Assembly (NCBI GenBank): GCA_002269645.1
Contig: NIVC01002527.1
Span: forward strand, 1-64,000
Source of the DNA: Macrostomum lignano
Lineage: Eukaryota
Direction of reading: 5' to 3'
DNA length: 64,000 nt
Made by a program: the position numbers and the translations under genes. Below, in pieces: positions 12,649 to 24,837 of this stretch; the first letter of the stretch is position 1; each line of letters starts with the position of its first letter. Under the pieces are notes generated by a model. It was not told where the DNA came from, made no database searches, and worked only from the letters and a program-made list of their open reading frames with translations.

Positions 12649-13295
12649 CATGTTTAAAATGATTTTGAAATAGATAACATTTGAGATAGTTTTGAGAAAT
12701 TTATAGTGTGAGGGGCTGTGAGCTACTTATAGGCTTTGAGGCAGTCGAAAGACCGAATTTGGTATGCAAGTTGTATATGTCGGTGCGGATGGGGGCTGAA
12801 GGCCCTCGGGGACAATGATTTGCCAGAGGCGCCAGGTGTAAGAGAGCCTAATTTAGCTAATTATAAAACCAACACGGACAAAACGGGACAAAGATGAAAA
12901 ATGATTGCCCACCTTGAAGCACCTGGCAAGACATAATCGAACTAACTAGAGCATAATATTATTGACAAGTTATAGCATTTTTGGAAGGGAATAGGGGAAA
13001 ACAAGCATATATCTCCCACTCCAAGTCGCTTCAAGCGGTACCCTGTATAATTTATTGGCCAACCTTGGCGGACACCTGCAAGTCTGTAATGAAAAGCGGA
13101 GAGTTGACGAAAATCGAGAAAGCAACCTGCCTAATTTTTTATTCAAGAACTAACTGCTTAAAATAAAGCGCATTTGTTAAGAGCAAAAAAAGTGTTGATA
13201 ATTTTGACTTAACTATCAGTTTATTGGGGGGGGGCGCAGAGGCTGGATGTAGAGTAGTATAGAGAAGATAGCGAAGCGAGGCGTGAATGGGTGTC

Positions 13296-13550
13296 GAGGG
13301 GCAGAAAGGCGAGGCGTGGGGTGGGTGCAAAGGGGCAGAGGCGAGGCGTGGGGTGGGTGCAGAGGGGCAGAGAGGCGAGGCGTGGGGTGGGTGCAGAGGG
13401 GCAGAGGCGAGGCGTGGGGTGGGTGCAGAGGGGCAGAGGCGAGGCGTGGGGTGGGTGCAGAGGGACAGAGGCGAGGCGTAGGGTGGGTGCAGAGGGGTAG
13501 AGAGACAAGGCGTGGGGTCGGTGCTGAGGGGCAGGACGAGGCGTGGGTGG
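13296..13550. repeat. About 28-32-bp G-rich minisatellite (GGGGCAGAGGCGAGGCGTGGGGTGGGTGCAGA) in TRHR intron 1
   Basis: Direct reading. Confidence 0.9.
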
Positions 13551-13636
13551 GTGTTTAAAGGCGTGAAGAGATATATTGAGAGCGAAAAAAGAAAATGATA
13601 ACCCTTCTGAAGCCTTCCGGTTCGCTCCATCCGCAG

Positions 13637-13868
13637 GTAGTCAAGATGCTATTCGTGGTAGTGACAATGTTCGCTTTCCTGTGGCTGCCTTACCGCCTGA
13701 TGGTCGCCTACAACAGCTTCGCCGCCGCGGATCGCCGCCTCAACTCCGAGTGGTTCGTGGCCGTGAGCCGCCTGCTGATCTTTGTCAATTCGGCCATCAA
13801 CCCGGTGATCTACAATGCCATGTCGGGAAAATTCCGGCGCGAATTCAAACGTCTCCTTCGATGCTCCG
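13637..13868 (+). CDS. TRHR: TRHR-like GPCR exon 2 (TM6-TM7)
   Basis: Acceptor ccatccgcag|GTA; VVKMLFVVVTMFAFLWLPYR...NSAINPVIYNAMSGKFRREF; donor CCG|GTAGAT, phase 1. Confidence 0.9.
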
Positions 13869-14209
13869 GTAGATTCCTATTGCTTAAACAGAGTTACATT
13901 TTGAAATTACTTGGTTAAAAGCTGTGTAGAACATTTGTACCTCCGTCACGGATGGCCAGAGGTGAAAATCAATCAGAGTGAATTTTTTAATTGGCTTTAG
14001 GAAAAAATTAATACCTCTTAAATTTGTGATTTCTATCAGGGCTCCGATTTATCAAGCAAAATTGCTTTGACTACTTTTACGACATTCTAGCTCGCTCGTA
14101 GAATCCATTAAATTTAATCACATCCCAGAAAAATAAGCATGCAATTCTACTTCTACAACTTGTCACGATTCAATGAAATTGAAATTAAAAAATGCTTCAA
14201 TCTATGCAG

Positions 14210-14373
14210 GGAGCCGCGGCTTGAATGTTGGAAAGGCCCCGCGCGTTCACAACGGCAGCCCATGCAGCCACTCCGTCGCTAAGCCGGAGCTCTCATGCGG
14301 TGACGCCAATGATGGCAATGTTCAGCAGCTACGGGAGATGCTGCGCCGCATGGAGGGCGCCAGATTGAACTGA
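14210..14373 (+). CDS. TRHR: TRHR-like GPCR exon 3 (C-terminal tail)
   Basis: Acceptor tctatgcag|GG keeps the phase-1 frame through to TGA at 14371-14373. Tail sequence is not conserved, so support is splice logic only. Confidence 0.6.
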
Positions 14374-14409
14374 GGTGTGTGGTGTCCGTTGAAAGCAGCT
14401 TGGGCTCGA

Positions 14410-14927
14410 GTGGGGCAGATAGAGGGACATGGCGTGAGGTGCTGAAGGATAGAGAATCGGGTTATTCCACAGAATTCTATGGGCAGAGGGACAAGGCGTG
14501 AGGTGGGTGCTGAGGGATAGAGAATCGGGTTGTTCTAGGGGCAGAGGGACAAGGCGTGAGGTGGGTGCTGAAGGATAGAGAATCGGGTTATTCTAGGGGC
14601 AGAGGGACAAGGCGTGAGGTGGGTGCTGAAGGATAGAGAATCGGGTTGTTCTAGGGGCAGAGGCACAAGGCGTGAGGTGGGTGCTGAGGGATAGAGAATC
14701 GGGTTATTCTAGAGGCAGAGGGACAAGGCGTGAGGTGGGTGCTGAGGGATAGAGAATCGGGTTGTTCTAGGGGCAGAGGGACAAGGCGTGAGGTGGGTGC
14801 TGAAGGATAGAGAATCGGGTTATTCGAGGGGCAGAGGGACAAGGCGTGAGGTGGGTGCTGAGGGATAGAGAATCGGGTTGTTCTAGGGGCAGAGGCACAA
14901 GGCGTGAGGTGGGTGCTGAAGGATAGA
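14410..14927. repeat. 58-bp minisatellite related to the 13296-13550 repeat
   Basis: AGAATCGGG recurs at 14521, 14579 and 14637 (period 58); shares GGGGCAGAGG...AGGCGTG.GGTGGGTGC.GA. Confidence 0.9.
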
Positions 14928-15751
14928 GTTTAGGCTTGACCTATCTAAAAGATTGTACAGTCAGCAATGGAGTCGAATTTAGAGATTCATTAGATTTTGT
15001 TTTACCCTTTGCCTTCTCAAAACTGTGAAGTTTTATGGCAATAATTTCCTGCTTTTGAAACTCGGAGTCGAGACTAACAAAGACGAACGGCTTAGTTTTG
15101 GCTATTGACTGGGCGCCCGCGGGAAATTAATCTGGCAGTAGGTAGCATATGCGGTAGCTTAATATGGATTTGGGATCTAATCATACGAAGTAGATTATCC
15201 ATCTTCTTTAGCAATAAGAGTGGATTAGCCAGCAGCACCCCCGCTCCCTAGAGACTGAAATCAAAGCAACAGCTGCTGATATGAAATAAGATAATTTTCT
15301 TTGCACAGCTGTGGCCCAACTGATAAATATGTTTATTTCAATTTTTGATCTTATCTGGAAAATTTTTGCGCAATCAAATATTGCAAACAAGATTTAATCC
15401 CCAGCCAAAAACTTTTTGCGATATCGAAATATTCTGGCGAAATCATTTCAGAGCGCCGATCGACAATGGAATTTTAATGGGCGGTCGATGCAGCCCGGCC
15501 TGACGGCAGTCAGCAGTGACACTCTCAAGCTTCAGCACATCTGTATTTCATGCATCAAAATCATTATGCAAACTCGCACTCACTTCAACTGTCGATTATT
15601 TTTTTTTGCCTCCTTGAAGAGAAAAGCATACAAACAGATCTTGAAGATACTCTGGACCATATGGTCACTTTACCCATATAGAGATAGCGAATACTATGGG
15701 TGTAGTGATAGTGGCAGAGATGGAAGGGAGAGAGATACATGTATAGGAAAA

Positions 15752-15848
<97 letters not shown>

Positions 15849-15851
15849 CTA

Positions 15852-15902
<51 letters not shown>

Positions 15903-15922
15903 GAGACAGACAGACAGACAGA
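15752..15922. repeat. (CAGA)n microsatellite
   Basis: Direct reading. Confidence 0.97.
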
Positions 15923-16239
15923 CCAGTTCAAGCTGAGGTTTATTCTTAGACCCGACCCGCTAAAGACGCAGAACCATCAAATATTACTCAATGTACTTTA
16001 TAACCAGAACAAAGCACGGAGCCCTAAGCCCTAAAATTACTAACTGTAATCAGCATATTTTCGAAAACTTAATTTTGCTTTTGTTTTTCTCTCTGCTGCA
16101 GACGCGTGAAAATCCACAACGTTGCAAAATAAAAACAAAATATAGAAAGCAATAAATATGAAGCTCTCTCTTCTCTAGTTTTCTGTTTTATTTTACAACT
16201 AAAGGTTAGCAAGCGCTATAAAATTTTGCTGAGGTTTCC

Positions 16240-17110
16240 ACAGTTCACCCGCAGGACTGCCTCACCCACCCAGTTCACGCACAAGACTGCACCACCCGCC
16301 CAGTTCACCCACAGGACTGCACCACCCGCCCAGTTCACCCACAGGACTGCACCACACGCCCAGTTCACCCACAGGACTGCACCACCCGTCCAGTTCACCC
16401 ACAGGACTGCACCACCCACCCAGTTCACCCACAGGACGGCACCACCCACCCAGTTAATACACAGGACTGCACCACCCACCCAGTTCACCCACAGGACTGC
16501 ACCACCCGCCCAGTTCACCCACAGGACTGCACCACCCACCCAGTTCACCCACAGGACTGCACCACCCACCCAGTTCACCCACAGGACTGCACCACCCACC
16601 CAGTTCACCCACAGGACTGCACCACCCACCCAGTTCACCCACAGGACTGCACCACCCACCCAGTTCACCCACAGGACTGCACCACCCACCCAGTTCACCC
16701 ACAGGACGGCACCACCCACCCAGTTAATACACAGGACTGCACCACCCACCCAGTTCACCCACAGGACTGCACCACCCGCCCAGTTCACCCACAGGACTGC
16801 ACCACCCGCCCAGTTCACCCACAGGACTGCACCACCCACCCAGTTCACCCACAGGACTGCACCACCCACCCAGTTCACCCACAGGACTGCACCACCCACC
16901 CAGTTCACCCACAGGACTGCACCACCCACCCAGTTCACCCACAGGACTGCACCACCCACCCAGTTCACCCACAGGACTGCACCACCCACCCAGTTCACCC
17001 ACAGGACTGCACCACCCACCCAGTTCACCCACAGGACTGCACCACCCACCCAGTTCACCCACAGGACTGCACCACCCACCCAGTTCACCCACAGGACTGC
17101 CTCACCCACT
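16240..17110. repeat. 30-bp minisatellite (CAGTTCACCCACAGGACTGCACCACCCACC)
   Basis: About 29 near-identical units; the stop-free frames are an artefact of a unit length divisible by 3. Confidence 0.97.
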
Positions 17111-17569
17111 TTTCGAAGTACTCGTAAATAAGGTCAGAAGCCGGCGCATGAAAAATTCTTTAAATTCTGTTTGACCTTTCGTGTGAGAGCCGCATAGGTG
17201 CATGTTCTATCTCTATCAGTCAGTTAGAGTAAATAAAGTTTGGGATCAGCTGGCAGACGGGTTTAAACAGGATCTGGAGTTCAGCTTAGTCAGGGAAGTT
17301 GCCTTCAGCTCGCAGATGAAAATCCGCATTCTTATGGGAATTCGCAAACGGAGACGGAGGAATTTAATTGAACCAGTTTGCCATCGCTACAGAATGCAGC
17401 GGCAGACTCTCTCGACTGAAGTCAAAGATGATGTAAAAAGAAATTGGCGGACGCTGGAGGCCCAGGCCCCACTTCATTGGTTATTATGCGATGAAATTTC
17501 ATTCCTAAATGACTGCAGAGTTTTGAAGTGCAGCTTTTGAATTTAAAAAACTGCGAAGAACTGCCACGG

Positions 17570-18024
17570 CGACCCTGGACTTTTAAATCAACCCTGGATT
17601 TCCAAATCTACCCACGGATTTAATAGGCGACCCTGGATTTCCAAATCTACCCATGGATTTAATAGGCGACCCTGGATTTCCAAATCTACCCATGGATTTA
17701 ATAGGCGACCCTGGATTTCCAAATCTATCCATATATTTAATAGGCGACCCTGGATTTCTAAATCTACCCATATATTTAATAGGCGACCCTGGATTTCCAA
17801 ATCTACCCATGGATTTAATAGGCGACCCTGGATTTCAAATCTACCTATGGATTTAATAGGCGACCCTGGATTTCTAAATCTACCTATGGATTTAATAGGC
17901 GACCCTGGATTTCCAAATCTACCCATATATTTAATAGGCGACCCTGGATTTCCAAATCTACCCATGGATTTAATAGGCAACCCTGTATTTCCAAATCTAC
18001 CCATGGATTTAATAGGCGACCCTA
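17570..18024. repeat. 39-bp minisatellite (GGCGACCCTGGATTTCCAAATCTACCCATGGATTTAATA)
   Basis: Direct reading; the unit contains a hAT-TIR-like word GGCGACCCTG. Confidence 0.93.
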
Positions 18025-18584
18025 AATCCTAGAGCTACGAGTATAAGGGATAGTTGAAGCCCTAATTGCGCCATCTCCAGGATTCTGACCGTCCTTATTA
18101 AAAAGGTTAACCTAAGATCATCAATCAATAATCATGAACAAGCCTATAATTAAGGAAGAGCTACGGCTTCCAATGGGCTAGGCATATCATTTTGATTCAG
18201 CATAGCGACATCGTCTGCCTTCAACATCAAATACAAGATGTCTTGTTAGACTGAGGCAGAGAGGCAACAGCAGCTGCAATCAACAGGACTTTAATACTCG
18301 TACCTGACAGAAAAGGGCTCCCAACTCGTCAAAAATACAGGAAGCAAAGTTTGCCTCTGAGAAAACGTAGCGCATCGTGAACGACACGCCTGACGAAAAA
18401 CTTTCATCAAATTATCTGCCAAGTTATCTAACTTTTATCAAAGTCTGGGACCGAGTTTTTATAAATGTCTTATTCTTAAGGAAAATGTTTTTTTTAAATG
18501 CAGCCCTTGAAACCGAGACCTTAATATGATATGATAATCATATTATATAATCCGGATATGATAATCCGGTGGCCCAGCACTTAA

Positions 18585-19997
18585 GGATCTGGGAGGCTGA
18601 CCAAGCAACTGAGGATCTGGGAGGCTGGCCCAGCAACTGAGGATCTGGGAGGCTGGCCCAGCAACTGGCACTCTGGGAGGCTGGCCCAGCAACTGAGGAT
18701 CTGGGAGGCTGGCCCAGCAACTGAGGATCTGGGAGGCTGGCCCAGCAACTGAGGATCTGGGAGGCTGGCCCAGCAACAGGATCTGGGAGGCTGGCCCAGC
18801 AACTGAGGATCTGGGAGGCTGGCCCAGCAACTGAGGATCTGGGAGGCTGGCCCAGCAACTGAGGATCTGGGAAGCTGGCACAGCAACTGGCACTCTGGGA
18901 GGCTGGCCCAGCAACTGAGGATCTGGGAGGCTGGCCCAGCAACTGACGCTCTGGGAGGCTGGCACAGCAACTGAGGATCTGGGAGGCTGGCCCAGCAACT
19001 GAGGATCTGGGAGGCTGGCCCAGCAACTGAGGATCTGGGAGGCTGGCCCAGCAACTGAGGATCTGGGAGGCTGGCCCAGCAACTGACACTCTGGGAGGCT
19101 GGCCCAGCAACAGGATCTGGGAGGCTGGCCCAGCAACTGAGGATCTGGGAGGCTGGCCCAGCAACTGAGGATCTGGGAGGCTGGCCCAGCAACAGAGGAT
19201 CTGGGAAGCTGGCACAGCAACTGGCACTCTGGGAGGCTGGCCCAGCAACTGAGGATCTGGGAGGCTGGCCCAGCAACTGAGGATCTGGGAGGCTGGCACA
19301 GCAACTGAGGATCTGGGAGGCTGGCCCAGCAACTGAGGATCTGGGAGGCTGGCCCAGCAACTGAGGATCTGGGAGACTGGCCCAGCAACTGAGGATCTGG
19401 GAGGCTGGCCCAGCAACTGAAGATCTGGGAGGCTGGCACAGCAACTGAGGATCTGGGAGGCTGGCCCAGCAACTGAGGATCTGGGAGGCTGGCCCAGCAA
19501 CTGAGGATCTGGGAGACTGGCACAGCAACTGAGGATCTGGGAGGCTGGCCCAGCAACTGAGGATCTGTGAGGCTGGCCCAGCAACTGAGGATCTGGGAGG
19601 CTGGCCTAGCAACTGAGGATCTGGGAGGCTGGCCCAGCAACTGAGGATCTGGGAGGCTGGCCCAGCAACTGAGGATCTGGGAGGCTGGCCCAGCAACTGA
19701 AGATCTGGGAGGCTGGCACAGCAACTGGCACTCTGGGAGGCTGGCCCAGCAACTGAGGATCTGGGAGGCTGGCCCAGCAACTGAGGATCTGGGAGGCTGG
19801 CCCAGCAACTGAGGATCTGGGAGGCTGGCCCAGCAACTGAGGATCTGGGAGGCTGGCACAGCAACTGAGGATCTGGGAGGCTGGCACAGCAACTGAGGAT
19901 CTGGGAGGCTGGCCCAGCAACTGAGGATCTGGGAGGCTGGCCCAGCAACTGAGGATCTGGGAGGCTGGCACAGCAACTGGGGATCTGGGAGGCTGGC
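18585..19997. repeat. 28-bp minisatellite (CTGAGGATCTGGGAGGCTGGCCCAGCAA)
   Basis: About 50 units; the minus strand is stop-free in all frames, giving the three long spurious ORFs. Confidence 0.97.
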
Positions 19998-20798
19998 CGC
20001 TCAGTCCGACTAAGAATAGACAATAATGCAGCCAACAGCTGAGCCAAGAAAGGCGAAGAATAAAATGCGATCTTCGAACTTCAACAGCACACGCTGTACA
20101 CCGGTGGTCAGACATCTCAAAAAAACCTCACGAGATTCCAGCGTCACTGTCAGAGATCATCACCTTATCTAATGCCTGACGTGTGCGTTTTAGCATTTCT
20201 GACGCGATGAAGCTCGAGTGACAGTCCGGGAGTTGCAATAGTGCAGATGTACTAATAAGCATATGGATAGGTTTCGCCAGCTGTCAGCAGACAACTTGAA
20301 TACAAATGAAAAAAAAGATAAGCCAGCACAGACGGAGACATCCAGCATATTTCGTGCACTGCTGATAAAGCTTAGATGATTAATTATTATTGTAAGAAAC
20401 ATTTGGCTCGCCTGAGCGAGTGAGAATCAGCAGCTCACTTCAGCGAGGCGGGCAATCACTCTGGATCAGTGCGGGTTTATTACGATCATATTAATAGTAC
20501 GGTGCTGGACAACAGAGGCAGTGAGAATGGTTAAAGCAGAAAACAGAGCCACAGTTCATAAATAACATAGCCGCACAGATTTTCATAAACAGCCGGCACA
20601 ACACTGAAGTTGACAACAGGAAGGAAGCAGGAAGCTGAGCAAACAGAGCGAAATGGTAAATTGTACTGCGGTAAACAAACTGCCGACTGCCGGGGATTAC
20701 AAAGCAACTGCTTAGGGAAAGAGGGGATGAGTCAGGGGATGAGTCAGGGGAGAGTCAGGGGATAAGTCAGGGGAGAGTCAGGAGATAAGTCAGGGGAG

Positions 20799-21653
20799 CA
20801 GTGGTGTGATTGGAAAGTTTGCCACATTTCGCGCCGACTGAAAATTTTCGCGCCATGCCAATGATATTCTACTGACAGCCAAATAAGTCAATTGATGACA
20901 CTTTTGAAGATGCGTCTGCATACATGCGCAACTGCTGGCCGACCTGGCCGATCTGGCCACTGTAAATTGTGGTGGACCAGGGGTAAGTCGCAAAAATGCC
21001 CACCCCAAAGAAGACATAGTACTAATTAGATGACGAGACATTTAGCCCTTATAAGAGAGTCATAGTTACTCCTGCCGTTTACCCAAAATTGCGTTAATGT
21101 TGCTCTAGGGTTTCTTTTACAGGTAAGTCGCATTTTTGGTCAAAAAGTAAGTCGCATGGCCAGTGTAAATCAGGGGGGTTGCGCATGTATGTGCGTCTGG
21201 CTACCAATTAGCATGTCTCTCAAGTCCCAGCCGTGTCCCGCCTGAACTTCTTGTTGGCGATGCTGGGTGGAATCTTTGAATCTGGGCAAATGGCCATCAG
21301 ATCCTCGGCAAAGGTCCTCTTTTGATTCGAAGCTGCGATTCTTCAGTGCAATCCTGACAACACATCTGATCTCTGCCACCCTTGCAGGCGTAGCAGCCAC
21401 ATCTTCAGTGTCACTTTGCTTCTTTGCGACCACGAAAGTCTCCACGAATCTCGAAATTCTCGAGATTAATCTCCTAAGCTATGACATTCTTGTATTTCAT
21501 ACTGTCTGACAAGAGAATAAGTGTAAAAAGCAGAAAATAAGAATGCAATTTTCGCGCCCATGGTTCCACAAAATTTCGCGCCAGACCCCCAGGATTCGCG
21601 CATTCGCGCCATTTTCGCGCCTGGCGCGAATTCGCGCCTGAATCACACCACTG
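20799..21653. mobile_element. Non-autonomous hAT-type element (855 bp) with TTTCGCGCC subterminal repeats
   Basis: TIRs CAGTGGTGTGATT / AATCACACCACTG; perfect 8-bp TSD caggggag (20791-20798, 21654-21661). Confidence 0.85.
20919..21191. mobile_element. hAT-type MITE (family B, 273 bp) nested in the 20799-21653 element
   Basis: TIRs CATACATGCGCAAC / GTTGCGCATGTATG; perfect 8-bp TSD tgcgtctg; homologous to 39409-39705. Confidence 0.9.
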
Positions 21654-22450
21654 CAGGGGAGAGTCAGGGAGAGAAGAGTCAGGGGAGAGTAAGGGGAGAG
21701 TCAGGGGATAAGTCAGAGAGTCAGGGGAGAGTCAGGAGATAAGTCAGAGAGTCAGGGGATAAGTGAGGGGAGAGTCAGGGAGAGAAGAGTCAGGGGAGAG
21801 TAAGGGGAGAGTCAAGGGATAAGTCAGGGGAGAGTCAGGGGAGAGTCAGGGGATAAGTCAGAGAGTCAGGGGATAAGTGAGGGGAGAGTCAGAGGATAAG
21901 TCAGAGTCAGGGGATAGTCAGGAGATAAGTCAGGGGAGAGTCAGGGGAGAGTCAGGGGAGAGTCAGGGGGATAAGTCAGGGGAGAGGACAACACAAATCA
22001 GTCAGTCATAAAGCAGCCAGCACAGGGGATGATGCCCAAGTGACGCTTCGCAAATAAAACGGTTCAAAACTGCCTGAAATCCAGGAATCCAGCACCAGTG
22101 AAAAAGTTGCGCATACAAAAGCGTCGTGAAATTTCAAAATTTTAATAAATTGAAGTCAAGCTGATATTAAACAAATGCTTTGTAAATGTAAATCAATAAC
22201 AGTAGTAGAAAAGGTTAATTAACAAAAATACCTGACCTATAATATTATTATAACCGGGAGATAACTATAGATTATAAATGTAGAAAATTGGTTATTAAAG
22301 TACATAAAAATGCAAAGCGCCAAGTTAATAAAATCATTTTTAATGCATTGTAGTGCATGATAGTAAAGTTTTTTATTTATTAATTCTTTGGCTCTGCCCG
22401 CCAATCAGTGTGAAGTTCCCGCACACAGCCGCTGCTCTCGGTGAGACCAG

Positions 22451-23705
22451 CTAGCGACCCTGGCCGGTCACGGCGCCAGCATAAGAGCGGCCTGACGGAG
22501 CTCCGGCCTGCCGCTGCTGCTGCTGCTGCGGCGTCGGCAGCGACTTGGACGAAGCCGGCAGCGGTGGGGCGTCAGCAGCTCGATTGTTCACCGTCAGCGG
22601 CCGACGGTCAAGCAGGTTGCCAGAGGCGGACGCGGACTTTGTCGGGTCGGCCAGCTTGTTGGCGGCTACAGCGGCGAAAGTGGCGCGATTTGAAATTGCG
22701 CGCGCTTCCGAAGCTGAATTCTCCAACTCTGCAGCTTCAGGCTTCTTAACGACGGACTCGCCTGAATTAGCTTCAGGCTTCTTGGCGGCAGATTCACCTA
22801 AAGCTTCAGGCTTCTTGGCGGCGGATTCACCTAAAGCTTCAGGCTTCTTGGCGGCGGATTTGCCTGAAGCTTCAGGCTTCTTGGCGGCGGATTTGCCTGA
22901 AGCTTCAGGCTTCTTGGCGGCAGATTCACCTAAAGCTTCAGGCTTCTTAGCGGCGGATTCGCCTGAAGCTTCAGGCTTCTTAGCGGCAGATTCGCCTGAA
23001 GCTTCAGGCTTCTTAGCGGCAGATTCGTCTGAAGCTTCAGGCTTCTTAGCGGCAGATTCGCCTGAAGCTTCAGGCTTCTTAGCGGCAGATTCGCCTGAAG
23101 CTTCAGGCTTCTTAGCGGCGGATTCGTCTGAAGCTTCAGGCTTCTTGGCGGCGGATTCGTCTGAAGCTTCAGGCTTCTTGGCGGCGGCTTGAGGCTTTTT
23201 AGAAGCGCTTTTAGCTTTTTTCATAGATTTTTTCGAATTGTTGTCGCGTTTTGCCTTCGGCGCCTTCGTCTGAGCCGACGCTGGTCGTTCGGCAGACTTT
23301 GACGCCGCCGACCTGCCACGGCCGCTGCCGCCATTGCCGCTGCAACTGCGCGGCAGCCTCAGCAGAGGCCGCGGCGGGCGAGGAATCTGCCGCAGCATTG
23401 ACATCGGCTGCTGCTGCTGCTGCGGCCCGGGAGCCGTTGGGAACTTCGGCGACGAGGAGGCACGAAAACGCGGAACCTGCGGTCGCTGGCGGTACTGCTG
23501 ATGATGCGGATTCTGGAACTGATGCTGCTGCCGCTGCGGAGGCGACGACTTACTAGGAGCGGCAGCGTCGGCGCCGTTGGCGGAGGTCGCGACCAGTCGG
23601 CCGGCGAATTTCTCGTAGCCGGAGCGGCCGCGATTCTCCAGGGTGCGCTGGACTCGCTCGACCAGGCGCTGCATGGGCGGCACCAGCTGCTGCTCTTCCA
23701 GGCGC
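22451..23705 (-). CDS. TUT/Cid1-family nucleotidyltransferase-like protein, exon 4 of 4 (low-complexity tail with AAKKPEASGES repeats)
   Basis: Acceptor ctcctccgccag|G, phase 2, gives PAFK-RLEEQQ; open to the stop at 22451. Repeat units vary at synonymous sites (GCC/GCT, TCC/TCT) in this frame. Confidence 0.7.
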
Positions 23706-23758
23706 CTGGCGGAGGAGGGGAGAGCCAACGTTAAATGAATCGCCAACCAAGGCATAAA

Positions 23759-24393
23759 CTGTTACAGACAGGAAAACAGCAACTCATGAGGCTGTTACAG
23801 ACAAGATAACAGCAACTCAAGAGGTTGTTACAGACAGGATAACAGCAACTCAAGAGGCTGTTACAGACAGGATAACAGCAACTCAAGAGGCTGTTACAGA
23901 CAGACAGGATAACAGCAACTCAAGAGGCTGTTACAGACAAAATAACAGCAACTCAAGAGACTGGTACAGACAAAATAACAGCAACTCAAGAGACTGTTAC
24001 AGACAGGAAAACAGCAACTCAAGAGGCTGTTACAGACAAAATAACAGCAACTCAAGAGGCTGTTACAGACAGACAGGATAACAGCAACTCAAGAGGCTGT
24101 TACAGACAGACAGGATAACAGCAACTCAAGAGGCTGTTACAGACAGACAGGATAACAGCAACTCAAGAGGCTGTTACAGACAAAATAACAGCAACTCAAG
24201 AGGCTGTTACAGACAGACAGGATAACAGCAACTCAAGAGGCTGTTACAGACAGGAAAACAGCAACTCAAGAGGCTGTTACAGACAAAATAACAGCAACTC
24301 AAGAGACTGTTACAGACAGGAAAACAGCAACTCAAGAGGCTGTTACAGACAAAATAACAGCAACTCAAGAGACTGTTACAGACAGGAAAACAG
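23759..24393. repeat. 33/37-bp minisatellite (CTGTTACAGACAGGATAACAGCAACTCAAGAGG) filling intron 3 of the TUT-like gene
   Basis: Direct reading. Confidence 0.95.
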
Positions 24394-24404
24394 CAAGGGC
24401 TCAC

Positions 24405-24837
24405 TTGAAAGCGGGCAGCTGCTGCACCAATTTAGCCTTGCGCATCCCGTCCAGGTTGCGAGCGAAGCAGGCCGTGAACAAATCGTGGTCCTTGGCCAAG
24501 TTAAGCGCCGTCCGATAGAAGGGCTCCTCCGGTTCGGACACCCGTGAATAGGTTCGGCCAGCATTCTCTCCGGACACCGGACAGGGCAGGCTGACCCGGG
24601 CGCCGGGAAACGGATCCTCGCGGCCGCCCCGGTCCAGCAGGCGGCCGGTGAGGACGCAGACGGCGCTGGAGGCGAAGAAGCCGATGGTGGCGTACAGGCG
24701 GACCAGGCCGCAGAACTGCTCACCCAGCTGCTCTGTGCTCAGCGGCTCCGGCTGCCATTTGCGCAACGCCTCGGACACCTCGGATTTGCGATGGCCTCGG
24801 GCCAGGGCGCGAACTACGGACGGCGGTACCAGGCCGC
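24405..24837 (-). CDS. TUT-like gene exon 3 (PAP-associated domain region)
   Basis: Acceptor ctctgccgcag|GC, phase 1; LGEQFCGLVRLYATIGF...VCVLTG...ENAGR resembles the PAP-associated domain pattern (L..LL..FF.FYa..Df...iSir.G...NvaR); donor AA|GTGAGC. Confidence 0.75.

Larger units (their letters stand above)
20722..21985. repeat. GGGGAGAGTCA/GGGGATAAGTCA minisatellite split in two (20722-20798, 21654-21985) by a hAT insertion
   Basis: The same unit lies on both sides of the TIR-bounded element. Confidence 0.85.

Noticed and set aside
16216-20047. Long ORFs of 297-488 aa (16216-17131, 18538-20047)
   Set aside because: They are translations of 30-bp and 28-bp tandem repeats that lack stops on one strand, with no unique domain or splice support.
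21200-21470. Coding-looking stretch inside the hAT element (minus strand ...RTFAEDLMAICPDSKIPPSIANKKF)
   Set aside because: Interrupted by a stop and no recognisable family; may be a captured or transposase fragment but unsupported.
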